From positions 16,629 to 80,628 of the forward strand of contig JBDGPY010000066.1 in NCBI GenBank assembly GCA_042219425.1: a stretch of DNA of 64,000 nt, written 5' to 3'. The notes beneath the pieces are model-generated. The model ran no database searches. It was not told the DNA's origin and was given only the letters and a program-made list of their open reading frames with translations. The position numbers and the translations under genes are program-made. This DNA is from Haloarcula sp. Lineage in GTDB: Archaea > Halobacteriota > Halobacteria > Halobacteriales > Haloarculaceae. Of this stretch, positions 47,555 to 58,235 are shown piece by piece (the stretch's first letter is position 1; every line of letters starts with the position of its first letter).

Positions 47555-48714
47555 TGGCAAAGATCACAATCGACGACGTTACGAAGCGATTCGGTGAAGG
47601 AGATGAGTCAATCGTCGCCGTCGACGACGTCTCGCTGGACATCCGCGATGGCGAGTTCATCGTCTTCGTCGGTCCGTCCGGGAGCGGGAAGTCGACACTC
47701 ATGCGCATCGTCGCGGGGCTGGAAACGCAAACGGAAGGCGACATTCACATCGGCGACGAACTGGTCAATCAGCTCGGCCCGCGCGCCCGGGATATTGCGA
47801 TGGTATTCCAGAACTACGCGCTGTACCCCAACATGACCGTCGAGGAGAACATGTCCTTCGGGCTGAAGATGTCGACGGACATGTCCGCCGACGAGATCGA
47901 GGAAGCCGTCACGTCCGCCGCCGAGATGATGGACATCGACATGCTGTTGGACGACAAGCCCGGCGAACTCTCCGGCGGGCAACAACAGCGTGTCGCGCTC
48001 GGTCGCGCTATCGTCCGTGATCCGAACGTCTTCCTGATGGACGAGCCGCTGTCGAATTTGGACGCGAAGCTCCGGGCGGAGATGCGGACCGAGATCAACC
48101 GACTCCAGAACGACCTCGACGTGACGACGCTGTACGTCACCCACGACCAGACGGAGGCGATGACGATGGGCGACCGGCTCGTCGTCCTCAACTACGGGGA
48201 ACTCCAGCAGGTCGGCACGCCGCTGGAGTGTTTCTACCGCCCGGCCAACCAGTTCGTGGCCGGCTTCCTCGGCTCACCGTCGATGAACTTCTTCGAGGGC
48301 ACCGTCGAGGGCGGAACCCTCCGCGCGGACGGCTTCGACTTCGACCTGACCGAGCGGATGCAGTCCGCTGTTGGGAGTCGAAACGAACTCGTCCTCGGTA
48401 TTCGGCCGGAGGATATGACGCTTCACGACCGGGCGAACTCGGGCCACGAGTTCGAGGCCGTCGTCGACGTCGTCGAACCGATGGGGAGCATCTCCTACGT
48501 CTATCTCCAGGCCCGGTCACAGAGCCACGAGCAGACGTTCATCGTCGAGACGGACGGCCAGCGCCCGATCAGCGAGGGCCAACACGTCTACGTGGAGATC
48601 CCGGACCGGGACGTGCACCTGTTCGACCGCGCCAGCGGCGAGACGATCCACCAGCGCCGGCTCGGTGACGACGCGGAGATGGCGCTCGAAGAGCAGATGA
48701 AACCCGCCGAGTGA
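47554..48714 (+). CDS. MalK-type ABC ATPase
   Basis: GPSGSGKS, LSGGQQQR, MDEPLSNLD, YVTHDQ. Confidence 0.97.
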   Translation: MAKITIDDVTKRFGEGDESIVAVDDVSLDIRDGEFIVFVGPSGSGKSTLMRIVAGLETQTEGDIHIGDELVNQLGPRARDIAMVFQNYALYPNMTVEENMSFGLKMSTDMSADEIEEAVTSAAEMMDIDMLLDDKPGELSGGQQQRVALGRAIVRDPNVFLMDEPLSNLDAKLRAEMRTEINRLQNDLDVTTLYVTHDQTEAMTMGDRLVVLNYGELQQVGTPLECFYRPANQFVAGFLGSPSMNFFEGTVEGGTLRADGFDFDLTERMQSAVGSRNELVLGIRPEDMTLHDRANSGHEFEAVVDVVEPMGSISYVYLQARSQSHEQTFIVETDGQRPISEGQHVYVEIPDRDVHLFDRASGETIHQRRLGDDAEMALEEQMKPAE

Positions 48715-48771
48715 CGGCGATACCCGTCGTCGCCTCACTCGCCGCAACCGACAGTTATCGATACACGACAC

Positions 48772-49425
48772 ATGACAGCTCAAGATATTCCACACTACGA
48801 GACGCGTAACGCTATCTGCGAGTACGGCCGGAGCCTGCTCGACGACGATCTTACCACCGGGACTGGCGGGAACCTCAGTGCCCGACTCGACGAGAATCAC
48901 ATCGCGATCAGTCCGTCGGGAATCCCCTACGAGGAGATTGAACCCGAAGATGTTCCGGTCGTACAGACGGACGGCACTGTTGTTGAGGGTGACGTCGAGC
49001 CGTCGACAGAACTGCCGATGCACCTGGCCGTCTACCGCGAGCGACCGGCGGTTGGCGGCGTCGTCCACACCCACTCGCCGTACGCGACGACGTTCGCCTC
49101 GCTGGGCGAGCCGATACCGGCCTCGCACTACCTCCTCTCGTTTACCGGGACGGAGGTCCCCGTCGCCGAATACCGGACACACGCGACCGAAGAACTCGGT
49201 GAGGCCGCCGTCGACGCGCTGGGCGAGTCGTTCAACGCCACGCTGTTGCGCAACCACGGCGTGCTGACAGCCGACGAGTCGCTGGACGACGCCTACACGG
49301 TCGCGCTGATGGTCGAGTACTGCGCCCGCATCCACCACCAAGCCCGGGCCATCGGCGAGCCGGAGATCCTCCCCGACGAGGAGATCGACCGGCTGGCCGA
49401 TAAGCTCGACAGCTACGGACAGTGA
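48772..49425 (+). CDS. Class II aldolase (fuculose-1-P aldolase-like)
   Basis: GTGGNLS, SPSG, PSTELPMH, HTHS, LRNHG. Confidence 0.9.
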   Translation: MTAQDIPHYETRNAICEYGRSLLDDDLTTGTGGNLSARLDENHIAISPSGIPYEEIEPEDVPVVQTDGTVVEGDVEPSTELPMHLAVYRERPAVGGVVHTHSPYATTFASLGEPIPASHYLLSFTGTEVPVAEYRTHATEELGEAAVDALGESFNATLLRNHGVLTADESLDDAYTVALMVEYCARIHHQARAIGEPEILPDEEIDRLADKLDSYGQ

Positions 49426-49457
49426 CCACCCGTGCGAACCACACCTGAGAGCATCCC

Positions 49458-50933
49458 ATGAACCACGTCGCAATCGACATCGGCGCGAGCGGCGGGACGG
49501 TGTTCCTCGGCGAGGTGACCAAGTCCTCGTTCGCGGTACAGGAAGTCCACCGGTTCGACAACAGACCCGTCGAACGGGACGGCCGCTACATCTGGGACGT
49601 CGACGCGCTGGTCGACCATATCGGCGACGGGATTCGAACTGCAGATGACCACGCCGACAGCCTCGATACGGTCGGTATCGACACGTGGGGGCTTGACTTC
49701 GGACTCTTGGCCGACGGGGAACTGCTCCGGGACCCGGTCTCCTATCGCGACCCCGAGTCGACGGCCACGCGCGAGCAAGTGTTCGAGGCTGTCGGCAAGC
49801 GGCGGCTATTCGACGTGACCGGCATCACGAACTGGAACACCCCAAACACGCTGTGGCAGCTCCACACCATCGCCGAGCGGGAGCCCGAACGCCTCGAAGA
49901 AACCGACGGCCTGCTCATGATGCCACAGCTCCTGTCCGCACGGATTGGAGGGGTGCCGGCGGGCGAGGTGACGATTGCTTCGACCACGCAGATGGTCGAT
50001 CCCGAGGAACGAACGTGGGCCACCGACCTGCTCGAGGAGCTGTCGGTGCCGACTGACCTGCTCCCGCCGCTGTCTGAACCCGGACAATGTCTCGGGGCGG
50101 TCGATGACGACGTCGTCTCGGGGTTGTCTTCCACGCCGGAGATCGTGACCCCGGCGAGCCACGACACGGCGGCGGCCGTCGCCGGCCTCCCGCTCGTCGA
50201 GGACGCCGCGTTCCTCAACACCGGGTCGTGGTTCGTCCTCGGCGTCGAGCGCGACGACCCGGTGCGGACGGACGCCGCCTTCGAACAGGCCGTCTCGAAC
50301 GAACTCGGCGTCGACGGGTCCGTCCGGCTCCTGAAGAACATCAACGGCTTCTTTATGCTCGAAGAGTGCCGCGAAGCGTGGCGCGAGGCCGGGAAGTCGG
50401 TCGACTACGGCGACCTGCTGTCGGCCGCCGAGAAGGCCCCACCACGGACCGCACTCGTCGACACGGACGCCGACGCGTTCGGCATCGACGAGCCGATGCC
50501 CGGCCAGATTCGGGCCTACTGTCGCCGAACGGACCAGCCGGTTCCGACAGGGCAGGGCGGTATCGTCCGCTGTCTCCTCGACAGCCTGGCGGCGAAAACG
50601 GCCCTAGAACTCGACGCGCTCGCGGCAGTCATCGATGATCCACCATCGCGCATTGTTCTCGGTGGCGGCGGCGTCCGAAACGAACTGTTCTGTCAGTTAC
50701 TGGCCGACGCCACTGACCGCCCGGTGTCGACTGGGCCAGTCGAGGCGACGGCTGTCGGAAACGTCCTCACACAGGCCGTCGCCGCCGGAACGGTTTCTGA
50801 CATCGAAACCGGGCGGCAGTTGGTCGAATCGGCGTTCGAGACGACGACATACGAACCGGGTACCGCTGGCGAGTGGGCCGATGCAAAAGATCGGTTGGCT
50901 GCACTGACCGACGACTCGCTGTCCGAAGTCTGA
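49458..50933 (+). CDS. FGGY kinase, rhamnulokinase-like
   Basis: AIDIGASGG, IDTWGLDF, SYRD, ASTTQ, SHDTA, NELG, GPVEATAVGN. Confidence 0.9.
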   Translation: MNHVAIDIGASGGTVFLGEVTKSSFAVQEVHRFDNRPVERDGRYIWDVDALVDHIGDGIRTADDHADSLDTVGIDTWGLDFGLLADGELLRDPVSYRDPESTATREQVFEAVGKRRLFDVTGITNWNTPNTLWQLHTIAEREPERLEETDGLLMMPQLLSARIGGVPAGEVTIASTTQMVDPEERTWATDLLEELSVPTDLLPPLSEPGQCLGAVDDDVVSGLSSTPEIVTPASHDTAAAVAGLPLVEDAAFLNTGSWFVLGVERDDPVRTDAAFEQAVSNELGVDGSVRLLKNINGFFMLEECREAWREAGKSVDYGDLLSAAEKAPPRTALVDTDADAFGIDEPMPGQIRAYCRRTDQPVPTGQGGIVRCLLDSLAAKTALELDALAAVIDDPPSRIVLGGGGVRNELFCQLLADATDRPVSTGPVEATAVGNVLTQAVAAGTVSDIETGRQLVESAFETTTYEPGTAGEWADAKDRLAALTDDSLSEV

Positions 50934-50938
50934 CGCTT

Positions 50939-51712
50939 TCACCGCGAGGTGTAGCCGCCGTCCATCACGACGGTCGACCCTGTCATGTACGACGACGCAT
51001 CCGACGCGAGGTAGACGACGAGTTCTTTCAGTTCCTCAGGCCGGCCGAGTCGGCCCATCGGCGTGTTCTCGAGCCACGTTTCTTCCATCTCGGGGCTCTC
51101 TTCGAGCACTTCGTCGACGAGTTCGGTCCGCATGTAGCCGGGCGCAATAGCGTTGACACGGACGCCCTGCTCGCCCCACTCGACCGCCAGTGACTGGGTC
51201 AGCATCCTGACGCCGGCTTTCGTCGTGTTGTAGCTGGCCTGTTTCTGCGGGACGTTCACGTCGAAGCCTGACATCGAGGAGACGTTGACGATGCGCCCCT
51301 CGCCCCGCTCGAGCATCTGCTGGCCGACGTGTTTGGCACAGAGGAAGACGCCGTCGAGGTTGACCGACACGACCCGCCGCCATGACTCGATGCTCGTCTC
51401 CTCCGCAGGGGAGTTCTCGACGATCCCGGCGTTGTTGACCAGTACGTCAATCGGTCCGAGGCGGTCGGTCACGTCTTCGACCATCGCCTCGACCGAGGCT
51501 TCGTCCGTCACGTCGACCTCCGTCGCGACGACGTCCGTTTGACCGTCGAGTTCTGAGGCCGTCCGTTCCGCTTTCTCGATGTTCACGTCCGCGATAGCCA
51601 CGTCGGCCCCCATCTCGGTGAGACCGGTCGCCATCTGTTTCCCGAGGCCCTGCGCCGCACCGGTGACGATAGCCGTCTCTCCGTCGAGGGAGAACCTGTC
51701 AAGTACACTCAT
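50939..51712 (-). CDS. SDR polyol/ketose oxidoreductase (start 51712 or 51727)
   Basis: TGAAQGLG, NNAGI, SSMSG..VNVPQKQASYNTTK, VNAIAPGY. Confidence 0.9.
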   Translation of the reverse strand: MSVLDRFSLDGETAIVTGAAQGLGKQMATGLTEMGADVAIADVNIEKAERTASELDGQTDVVATEVDVTDEASVEAMVEDVTDRLGPIDVLVNNAGIVENSPAEETSIESWRRVVSVNLDGVFLCAKHVGQQMLERGEGRIVNVSSMSGFDVNVPQKQASYNTTKAGVRMLTQSLAVEWGEQGVRVNAIAPGYMRTELVDEVLEESPEMEETWLENTPMGRLGRPEELKELVVYLASDASSYMTGSTVVMDGGYTSR

Positions 51713-51831
51713 GCGTGCGTCTGACATTGCAGTAGCCTCCAGCATAAATGTAGGCCTATCGCTGTCACGATCACTGTGACCGGATATCGGCAGCCAGTCA
51801 TTACAAGTACTCCCTCATAGATACCATAACT

Positions 51832-52983
51832 ATGCAAATCACCGACTTCGAACTGTTCGCCGTGCCGCCGCGGTGGTTGCTTCTGAAACTGGAGACTGAC
51901 GAGGGGCTCGTCGGCTGGGGCGAGCCGATTGTTCAGGGTCGGTTAGAGACGGTTCGGGCCGCAGTTACCGAACTCATCGAGGCGTATCTCCTCGGGGCTG
52001 ACCCGCTGCGAACCGAATATCACTGGCGGAAGCTCTACCAGAGCGGCTACTTCCGCGGGGGGCCGATACTCATGAGCGCGCTCGCAGGGATCGACCACGC
52101 GCTCTGGGACATCAAGGGGCGGCACTACGGCGCACCGGTACACGAACTACTCGGCGGGCACGTTCGCGATAAGCTACTCGTCTACCAGTGGCTCGGTGGG
52201 GACGCTCCTGAAGACGTGGCTGCCGCCGCAAGAGAGGACAGGGAACGCGGCTACAAGGCGTTCAAATTCAATTTCGCCCGGGAGTTTCGACCGGTTGAGA
52301 CACCGAACGCTGTCGACCATGCGGTTGAGCGTGTGGCCGCAATCCGTGACGCCGTCGGTGACGACGCCCTCGTCGGCGTTGACTTCCACGGCCGCGTCTC
52401 GAAACCGATGGCTGCGGATCTCGTCGAGCGACTCGAACAGTTCGATCTGATGTTCATCGACCAGCCCCTGCTCCCCGAACACGACGATTCGTTTGCCAGT
52501 ATCGCCGAGCGGACGACTGTCCCGATAGCGACTGGTGAACGGTTCTATTCGCGCTACGACTTCAAGCGCCTCCTCGTCGATGACGGGGTGTCAATACTCC
52601 AGCCCGACGTGACCCATGTCGGTGGCATCAGCGAGATGCGCAAAGTCGCGTCGATGGCGGAAGCGTTCGACGTGGCCGTCGTTCCGCACTGCCCGCTCGG
52701 CCCCGTCGCGTTCGCGGCGAGCCTGCAGGTCGGGTTCTGCGCCCAGAACGTCGTGCTACACGAACAGGACCTCGATCTACACGACCCGACGACGAGCCAG
52801 CGACTCAAGATCCTGGAGGACCCGGAGACGTTCCAGTTCGAAGACGGCTACGTCAAACGACCAACCGGCCCCGGACTCGGTATCGACATCGACGAGACTC
52901 TCATCCGAGAACTGGCACAGACAGAGGTCAACTGGTACAACCCGGTCTGGCACCACGAGGACGGGAGCGTCGCGGAGTGGTGA
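51832..52983 (+). CDS. dgoD: Galactonate dehydratase-like enolase-superfamily enzyme
   Basis: VPPRWL, GWGEP, FRGGPILMSALAGID, DFHGR, ATGER, PHCPLGP, DGSVAEW. Confidence 0.88.
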   Translation: MQITDFELFAVPPRWLLLKLETDEGLVGWGEPIVQGRLETVRAAVTELIEAYLLGADPLRTEYHWRKLYQSGYFRGGPILMSALAGIDHALWDIKGRHYGAPVHELLGGHVRDKLLVYQWLGGDAPEDVAAAAREDRERGYKAFKFNFAREFRPVETPNAVDHAVERVAAIRDAVGDDALVGVDFHGRVSKPMAADLVERLEQFDLMFIDQPLLPEHDDSFASIAERTTVPIATGERFYSRYDFKRLLVDDGVSILQPDVTHVGGISEMRKVASMAEAFDVAVVPHCPLGPVAFAASLQVGFCAQNVVLHEQDLDLHDPTTSQRLKILEDPETFQFEDGYVKRPTGPGLGIDIDETLIRELAQTEVNWYNPVWHHEDGSVAEW

Positions 52984-53052
52984 CTGGCCGCGGCAACCGA
53001 GTGGGGCCGACCACCCTGTGTATTTTTATGGCTCTGTTCCGTGCCAACAGGT

Positions 53053-54084
53053 ATGCGAACTGCTGTACTGGTAGAGCCAGCTGAGTTCGAACTGCAGGAC
53101 CGTCCCAGACCGTCACCCGGGCCCGACGACGTACTTGTTGCCGTGCGCGACGTCGGTATCTGTGGCTCCGATGTCCACTACTACGAACACGGTCGTATCG
53201 GCGACTACGTCGTCGAAGACCCGCTCGTCCTCGGGCACGAGAGCGCCGGTGAAGTCGTCGAGGTCGGCGAGAATGTCACTGACCATGAACCGGGCGACCG
53301 CGTCGCGCTCGAACCCGGCGTTCCATGCCGGCGCTGTGCCCACTGCAAGTGCGGCGACTATCACCTCTGTGAATCCGTTCAATTCATGGCGACGCCGCCA
53401 CACGACGGCGCGTTCACGGAGTACGTCTCGTGGCCGGCCGACTTCGCCTACACGCTACCGGAGTCCGTCTCCACTGCCGAGGGGGCGCTGTGCGAGCCGC
53501 TTTCGGTCGGAATCCACGCCTGCCGCCGCGGCAGCGTCGGAACCGGCGATACGGTGCTGATAACCGGAGCCGGCCCAATCGGGCTGATGGTGATGGAGGC
53601 CGCGCGCGCCGCAGGCGCGACAGATATAATACTGACCGACGTCGTCGACGAAAAGCTGGCGTTCGCCGAAAAGCGTGGGGCGGACTTGACAGTCAACGTT
53701 ACCGAAACGGATCTCGATACGGCGGTCGCCGAGTACACGGACGGCGTCGGTGCTGATGTGGTCGTCGAAGCCTCCGGCGCGGAGCCGTCGATCAAGTCGA
53801 CGATTGACGTGGTCCGTCGGGGTGGCACGGTCGTTCTGGTCGGACTCGCCAGCGAAGCGGAGGTCCCAATCGACGTGCTGGAACTCATCGACAACGAGGT
53901 CGACGTCCACGGCTCGTTCCGGTACAAGAACACCTACGACGCGGCTGTCGACCTGCTGGCCGACGGTGAAGTAGACGTCGAGGGAATCATCGACTTCGAA
54001 TCCGGACTTGAGGACATCGACGACGCGTTCCGCCGAGCGATGGAGCCGACTGTGGTCAAGGGCATGATATCACTTGATTCGTAG
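53053..54084 (+). CDS. Sorbitol/L-iditol-type Zn dehydrogenase
   Basis: GICGSDVHYY, GHESAG, LEPGVPC, ATPPHDG, EPLSVG, GSFRY. Confidence 0.92.
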   Translation: MRTAVLVEPAEFELQDRPRPSPGPDDVLVAVRDVGICGSDVHYYEHGRIGDYVVEDPLVLGHESAGEVVEVGENVTDHEPGDRVALEPGVPCRRCAHCKCGDYHLCESVQFMATPPHDGAFTEYVSWPADFAYTLPESVSTAEGALCEPLSVGIHACRRGSVGTGDTVLITGAGPIGLMVMEAARAAGATDIILTDVVDEKLAFAEKRGADLTVNVTETDLDTAVAEYTDGVGADVVVEASGAEPSIKSTIDVVRRGGTVVLVGLASEAEVPIDVLELIDNEVDVHGSFRYKNTYDAAVDLLADGEVDVEGIIDFESGLEDIDDAFRRAMEPTVVKGMISLDS

Positions 54085-54513
54085 CCGGCGCTGCATTGAG
54101 AAGATAGTCCCGAGAGAAGCGTAATATAATAGTTATACAGATGTTGCTGAGTGTTGGTAGGAATTTCAGCAGGTCCGTTGTACGCACGACCCCGTGACGC
54201 GACTCTGAAACAATCGTTGAGGCGGTGTATTATCCGAATTGACGGCCTGATAGCGCTTGAGGGTCACCAATTTGGGATTCTGGAGGGTTTCAGAAGGTAC
54301 CCGAGACATAACTCTCCGACTTTCACACTGCATAGAGAGCCAGTATAGCGAAGTAAGGTATTCTGTTTGAGATAGGCTTTTGCAGAACAGTTGGTTTTTC
54401 TAGATTCCAGTTATACCCGGGCAGGACATTCCATCAGAGTGGGGTGCCCGGTTGAGAGACTCATGCACTGTGAGTAGCCGAACGGTTAAACCTCACCACC
54501 GTTGTGGGGGGAT

Positions 54514-55542
54514 ATGGATCTCTCAATCGTCGATCTCTCTCCGGTCCCAAATGACGGAACCGCGGCTGACGCGTATGCAAACACCGTCGGCGCGGCCCAG
54601 CAGGCCGAACGCCTCGGCTATTCCCGGTTCTGGGTGGCGGAACACCACGGGATGGGAAACAGGCTCGCCGGAACAACACCCGAGGTACTGCTCGGCACCC
54701 TCGCCGCCGAAACCGACTCGATCCGGCTCGGGTCGGGGGCGGTCCTCCTCAACCACTACAGTCCGTTCAAAGTCGCGGAGGTGTTCGGCTCCCTTGATGG
54801 CCTTGCTCCCGGACGAATCGACGTGGGGCTTGGACGGGCAAACGGGTCTCCGGCCGTCGACCGCGCGCTCGGGACGGACCGCCGCGTCCGAAACCCCGAC
54901 GAAGACCACGCCGAAAAAATCGAAGCCGTCGTTTCGCACCTCTACGACAGCTACCCGGACGGACACGCGTACAGTGATCTGGAAATCCCTCGTTCAGATG
55001 CGGAGACGCCTGTGCCGTGGGTTCTCGGATCAAGTCCGTCGAGCGCGGCGCTGGCCGGCGAACTCGGCCTGCGCTACTGTTTCGCCGCGTTCATTCGACC
55101 GGGGTTGGCCACCCGTTCGTTCGAGGAGTACCGGACTCACTTCGAATCGTCGGAGTTGGCCGGCGGCGTCGACGAGCCACAGGGAATGGTCGCGGTGAAC
55201 GCAGTCTGTGCCGAGACCGACGCGGAAGCGGCGCGGCTCCGCGCCGTGGCCGAAGCGTCGTTCAAGCGGATGGAGCGAGGGGTCGTTGGCACGACTCCAT
55301 CTGTCGAGGAAGCGATCAACGAACTCGGAGCGGTGCCCGAACCGACGCCCGCAACGCTGGATGCCGGTGCGTGGCCACGAGCGATCTCCGGGAGCCCAGA
55401 AACGCTCAATAACCTTCTCGAACAGCTGTCTGATCGTGTCGGAGTCGATGAGGTGATGCTCCAGCACGTCGTCAGCGACCACGCTGACGCGCTCCGCTCC
55501 CACGAGTTGCTCGCAGACGGTGTCGGCCTCACACCGCGCTAG
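54514..55542 (+). CDS. Luciferase-like (LLM) flavin-dependent oxidoreductase
   Basis: RFWVAEHH, IRLGSGAVLL, PGRIDVGLGRA, LGSS. Confidence 0.92.
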   Translation: MDLSIVDLSPVPNDGTAADAYANTVGAAQQAERLGYSRFWVAEHHGMGNRLAGTTPEVLLGTLAAETDSIRLGSGAVLLNHYSPFKVAEVFGSLDGLAPGRIDVGLGRANGSPAVDRALGTDRRVRNPDEDHAEKIEAVVSHLYDSYPDGHAYSDLEIPRSDAETPVPWVLGSSPSSAALAGELGLRYCFAAFIRPGLATRSFEEYRTHFESSELAGGVDEPQGMVAVNAVCAETDAEAARLRAVAEASFKRMERGVVGTTPSVEEAINELGAVPEPTPATLDAGAWPRAISGSPETLNNLLEQLSDRVGVDEVMLQHVVSDHADALRSHELLADGVGLTPR

Positions 55543-55829
55543 CTCCCTCTACTGCAGTGGAACAAGAACATATCTCTGTATTGCCGTCCCCAGAACCCAC
55601 TTTGTACCAGAAAAAGTTCTATAGATAGTTCTTTTTGAGTTTTATGCTACTATTCGCGAAGTCCGAATATAAATACTACCCACTTCAGGCTATTTCTACA
55701 ATTTAGGGCCCTCATGAGCTATCTTCTACATTGTAGTACCACTATATGAATCTAAATCTGCCATTGTTGCGTTTCATCTGGAGTCGAAAACGCCTATTAC
55801 AGGTTCAAATGCGGCCTATTCGAATTAAC

Positions 55830-58235
55830 TCAGTCGTCTGCGGCCGCAGTGGCGGTCGGTTCCGCAAGGTCGGCTTCGGACAGCTCAGACACTGGCGACC
55901 ACTCCAGATCACGCTCGTACTCGAAGGCATGGTGGTCCTGCGTGGGATCAACGACCGTCAACGAGAGCCAGTTGTTGTCCAGCAGGGCCGCAAGTTCCGC
56001 ATGGTCAGCGAGGACGCCGTTGACGCGGTCGACCGGCGCGTGGATGACCGTCGAGAGGCGGAGCGGCTGATGGTACGGGTCGTCGTCGGTAGTCATAAGC
56101 GACTGCAGCGGGAGACCAGTCATCAGGTCGCCGCCGTTGCCCTGATAGACGCCGACGTTGCCGACGGGGTTGTGGGTCACCTTCGACCCGCTGCCGTAGA
56201 CGGCGTTGTCAACCGTCGAGAAGTAGTACTGGGTGTTGATCCACTGCGTGACGACCATGGGGCCGGTGAGTATCGCCGCCAGTGCCTCACCGTCAGCGTC
56301 GGTCGACCAGTCGTAGGAGTGGAGGAACGCGCGGCCGTCGAGGTCGATGTCGCTCGTCAGTTCGCGGGGGCCGACGACGAAGCCGGCGTTGCCAGCCAGA
56401 CCCCATTCGGGACGGGTCTCGGCCCAGTCGGCGGCGCGTCGCTCCGTCTCGCTGACTCCCGACGAGGTGTCAGCAGCCATCGACTCGGCGCGCTCTGCGG
56501 CCGCGTTCTCGCGGGCAGTTGTGAGGTCGGCGCGCAACTGGTCGAGATCGGCAGCGTGGCTCTCGGGTACGTCGCTGTCATACAGTTCCACCTCGTCAGT
56601 CGTCGTGTTGTGTTCGCCAGCAATGAAGACGGTGTCTTCGGGGATTTCGAAACCGCGGTCGCGGAGCGCGGCTCTGACCTCGTCGTCGTTGCAGATTTTC
56701 GCCAGCACGCGGGCGTTCGGGCCGCCGGGATTTCCGGCGCAGGCCCCACAGTCCAGACTCGAATCGTAGGGGTTGTTCGTCGTTTCACTGGCGTGCCCGG
56801 TGAAGACGACGAGGCGACTGAACGTCTCCCAGCCCATCAGATCGAACGCGGTGGCGGCGTACTCGACTTTCTCCTCAGTGGTCAGCCCCACTGGCAGATC
56901 TCCGGTGTAGGTGTGCTGGTGATGGACGAGCGGGTCGCAGAACTCGTGGTCATCGGGCACCGAGCGCCCAGCCGCGTCAAACAGATCCTGCACGCGCCCG
57001 GGGACAAGCGTACGGGCCGCGAGCGCGAGGCCGTACCCGCTCCCGGCAGTCTCGACGAAGCCGTATGCCGTGGCGGCGTTGGCCTCCAGCGTCTCGATGA
57101 TTTCGTCGGTGGTCTCACGGATGCCCGATAAGCGGTCGTGGCTCTCCTGGGTGTCGTCGTCGGTCGGCACGTCGGTGACGTGGTGCTGCGGGTCGAGAAT
57201 CGGCGGGCAAGCGTCGACCGACACGTCGGTGTCGTAGCCCTGGTACTCCATCGGAATACCGAAGAAGCCGGCGTACCCGTGGGTTTCGTAGTCGCCCGTG
57301 GCCTCAATATGGCGGCGGATGATCTCCGAGCGGGTGTCGATGCAGAAGACCATCTGCGCGCTCGGACGGCCCGAACTGTCACTGGCAGCCACCGACTGGC
57401 TCTCCGCGGCGACGGTCTCGACGAGGTCGCTCCGGTAGGTCGCCTCCCAGGCACGCAGGAACGCTCCGGCGAGTTCGGCGGCCGGGTCCGGGTCAATGCT
57501 GTCGTTCGAGGGAGCGATGTCAGCACCGACGGCGTCTAGCAGGGCCAGACGCGCCGCGAGATACCCAGTAAGAGAAATCGGGTGCGCCGACTGCCACGCC
57601 CCCTCGTCGTCGGCACGCTGCTTGATAAGTCCCGTCCAGCCCGGAAGGGCGGCCAGTTGCTCTTCGAAGATGGGTACCCACTGGCTCTCCGGGTACGGCG
57701 CGAGGACCGTTTCGATAGCCTCAGTCGGCGTCTCTGGCAGGTCAGAAATGAGCTCTCCATCGGGGATTTCGCTGTCGTGCTCGGCCACTCCGCAGAAGGC
57801 AGTGTAGAACCCCGCTTCGCGGTTGGGCATCGACCAGTGGGCGCTCCCCTCGTCGAGGAACGCCGACAGCCACTTTGTCAGGATCCGGTCGACGCGTTCC
57901 GAGGCAGTGTCGGAGTCACTGTCCGTACCATCGGTCACTTCGGCCATCCGGTCCAGCAGTACCTCGGGGTCGTTTTCGTAGCCGGCCTCGGAGAGTTCCG
58001 CATCGAGAATCTCCGGGTCTATCTGGCCGCGCTCCAGCGCCGCACGGAACATCTCCGCGCTGGGGTAGCCACGGCCGCCCAACAGGTCGGCTGCCTGCGT
58101 GACCGCCTCACTGAACGGCTGGTCCTCGAACCCCGCGAGGGGGTTTGCCGTCACGAACGAGTGGATGGGCCAGAGAGAGCCGACGGTGGTCGCTGCGGTG
58201 TCGATACTGTCGTGGATGGTGGGTTCAGTACTCAT
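55830..58235 (-). CDS. dabA: DabA (DUF2309/UPF0753) inorganic-carbon transporter subunit
   Basis: WPIHSFVTANPL, LPGWTG, FCIDTRSE, GH...NNPY, DCGAC, HNTTTD, WAETRPEWGLA, FLHSYD, WINTQYY, GSKVTHN. Confidence 0.93.
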   Translation of the reverse strand: MSTEPTIHDSIDTAATTVGSLWPIHSFVTANPLAGFEDQPFSEAVTQAADLLGGRGYPSAEMFRAALERGQIDPEILDAELSEAGYENDPEVLLDRMAEVTDGTDSDSDTASERVDRILTKWLSAFLDEGSAHWSMPNREAGFYTAFCGVAEHDSEIPDGELISDLPETPTEAIETVLAPYPESQWVPIFEEQLAALPGWTGLIKQRADDEGAWQSAHPISLTGYLAARLALLDAVGADIAPSNDSIDPDPAAELAGAFLRAWEATYRSDLVETVAAESQSVAASDSSGRPSAQMVFCIDTRSEIIRRHIEATGDYETHGYAGFFGIPMEYQGYDTDVSVDACPPILDPQHHVTDVPTDDDTQESHDRLSGIRETTDEIIETLEANAATAYGFVETAGSGYGLALAARTLVPGRVQDLFDAAGRSVPDDHEFCDPLVHHQHTYTGDLPVGLTTEEKVEYAATAFDLMGWETFSRLVVFTGHASETTNNPYDSSLDCGACAGNPGGPNARVLAKICNDDEVRAALRDRGFEIPEDTVFIAGEHNTTTDEVELYDSDVPESHAADLDQLRADLTTARENAAAERAESMAADTSSGVSETERRAADWAETRPEWGLAGNAGFVVGPRELTSDIDLDGRAFLHSYDWSTDADGEALAAILTGPMVVTQWINTQYYFSTVDNAVYGSGSKVTHNPVGNVGVYQGNGGDLMTGLPLQSLMTTDDDPYHQPLRLSTVIHAPVDRVNGVLADHAELAALLDNNWLSLTVVDPTQDHHAFEYERDLEWSPVSELSEADLAEPTATAAADD

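Noticed and set aside
54090-54480. AT-rich spacer with TTTCAGCAG/CTCTGAAA words resembling IS ends (similar TTTCAACAGGCC near 32477)
   Set aside because: No transposase fragment, paired terminal repeats or target duplication identifiable.
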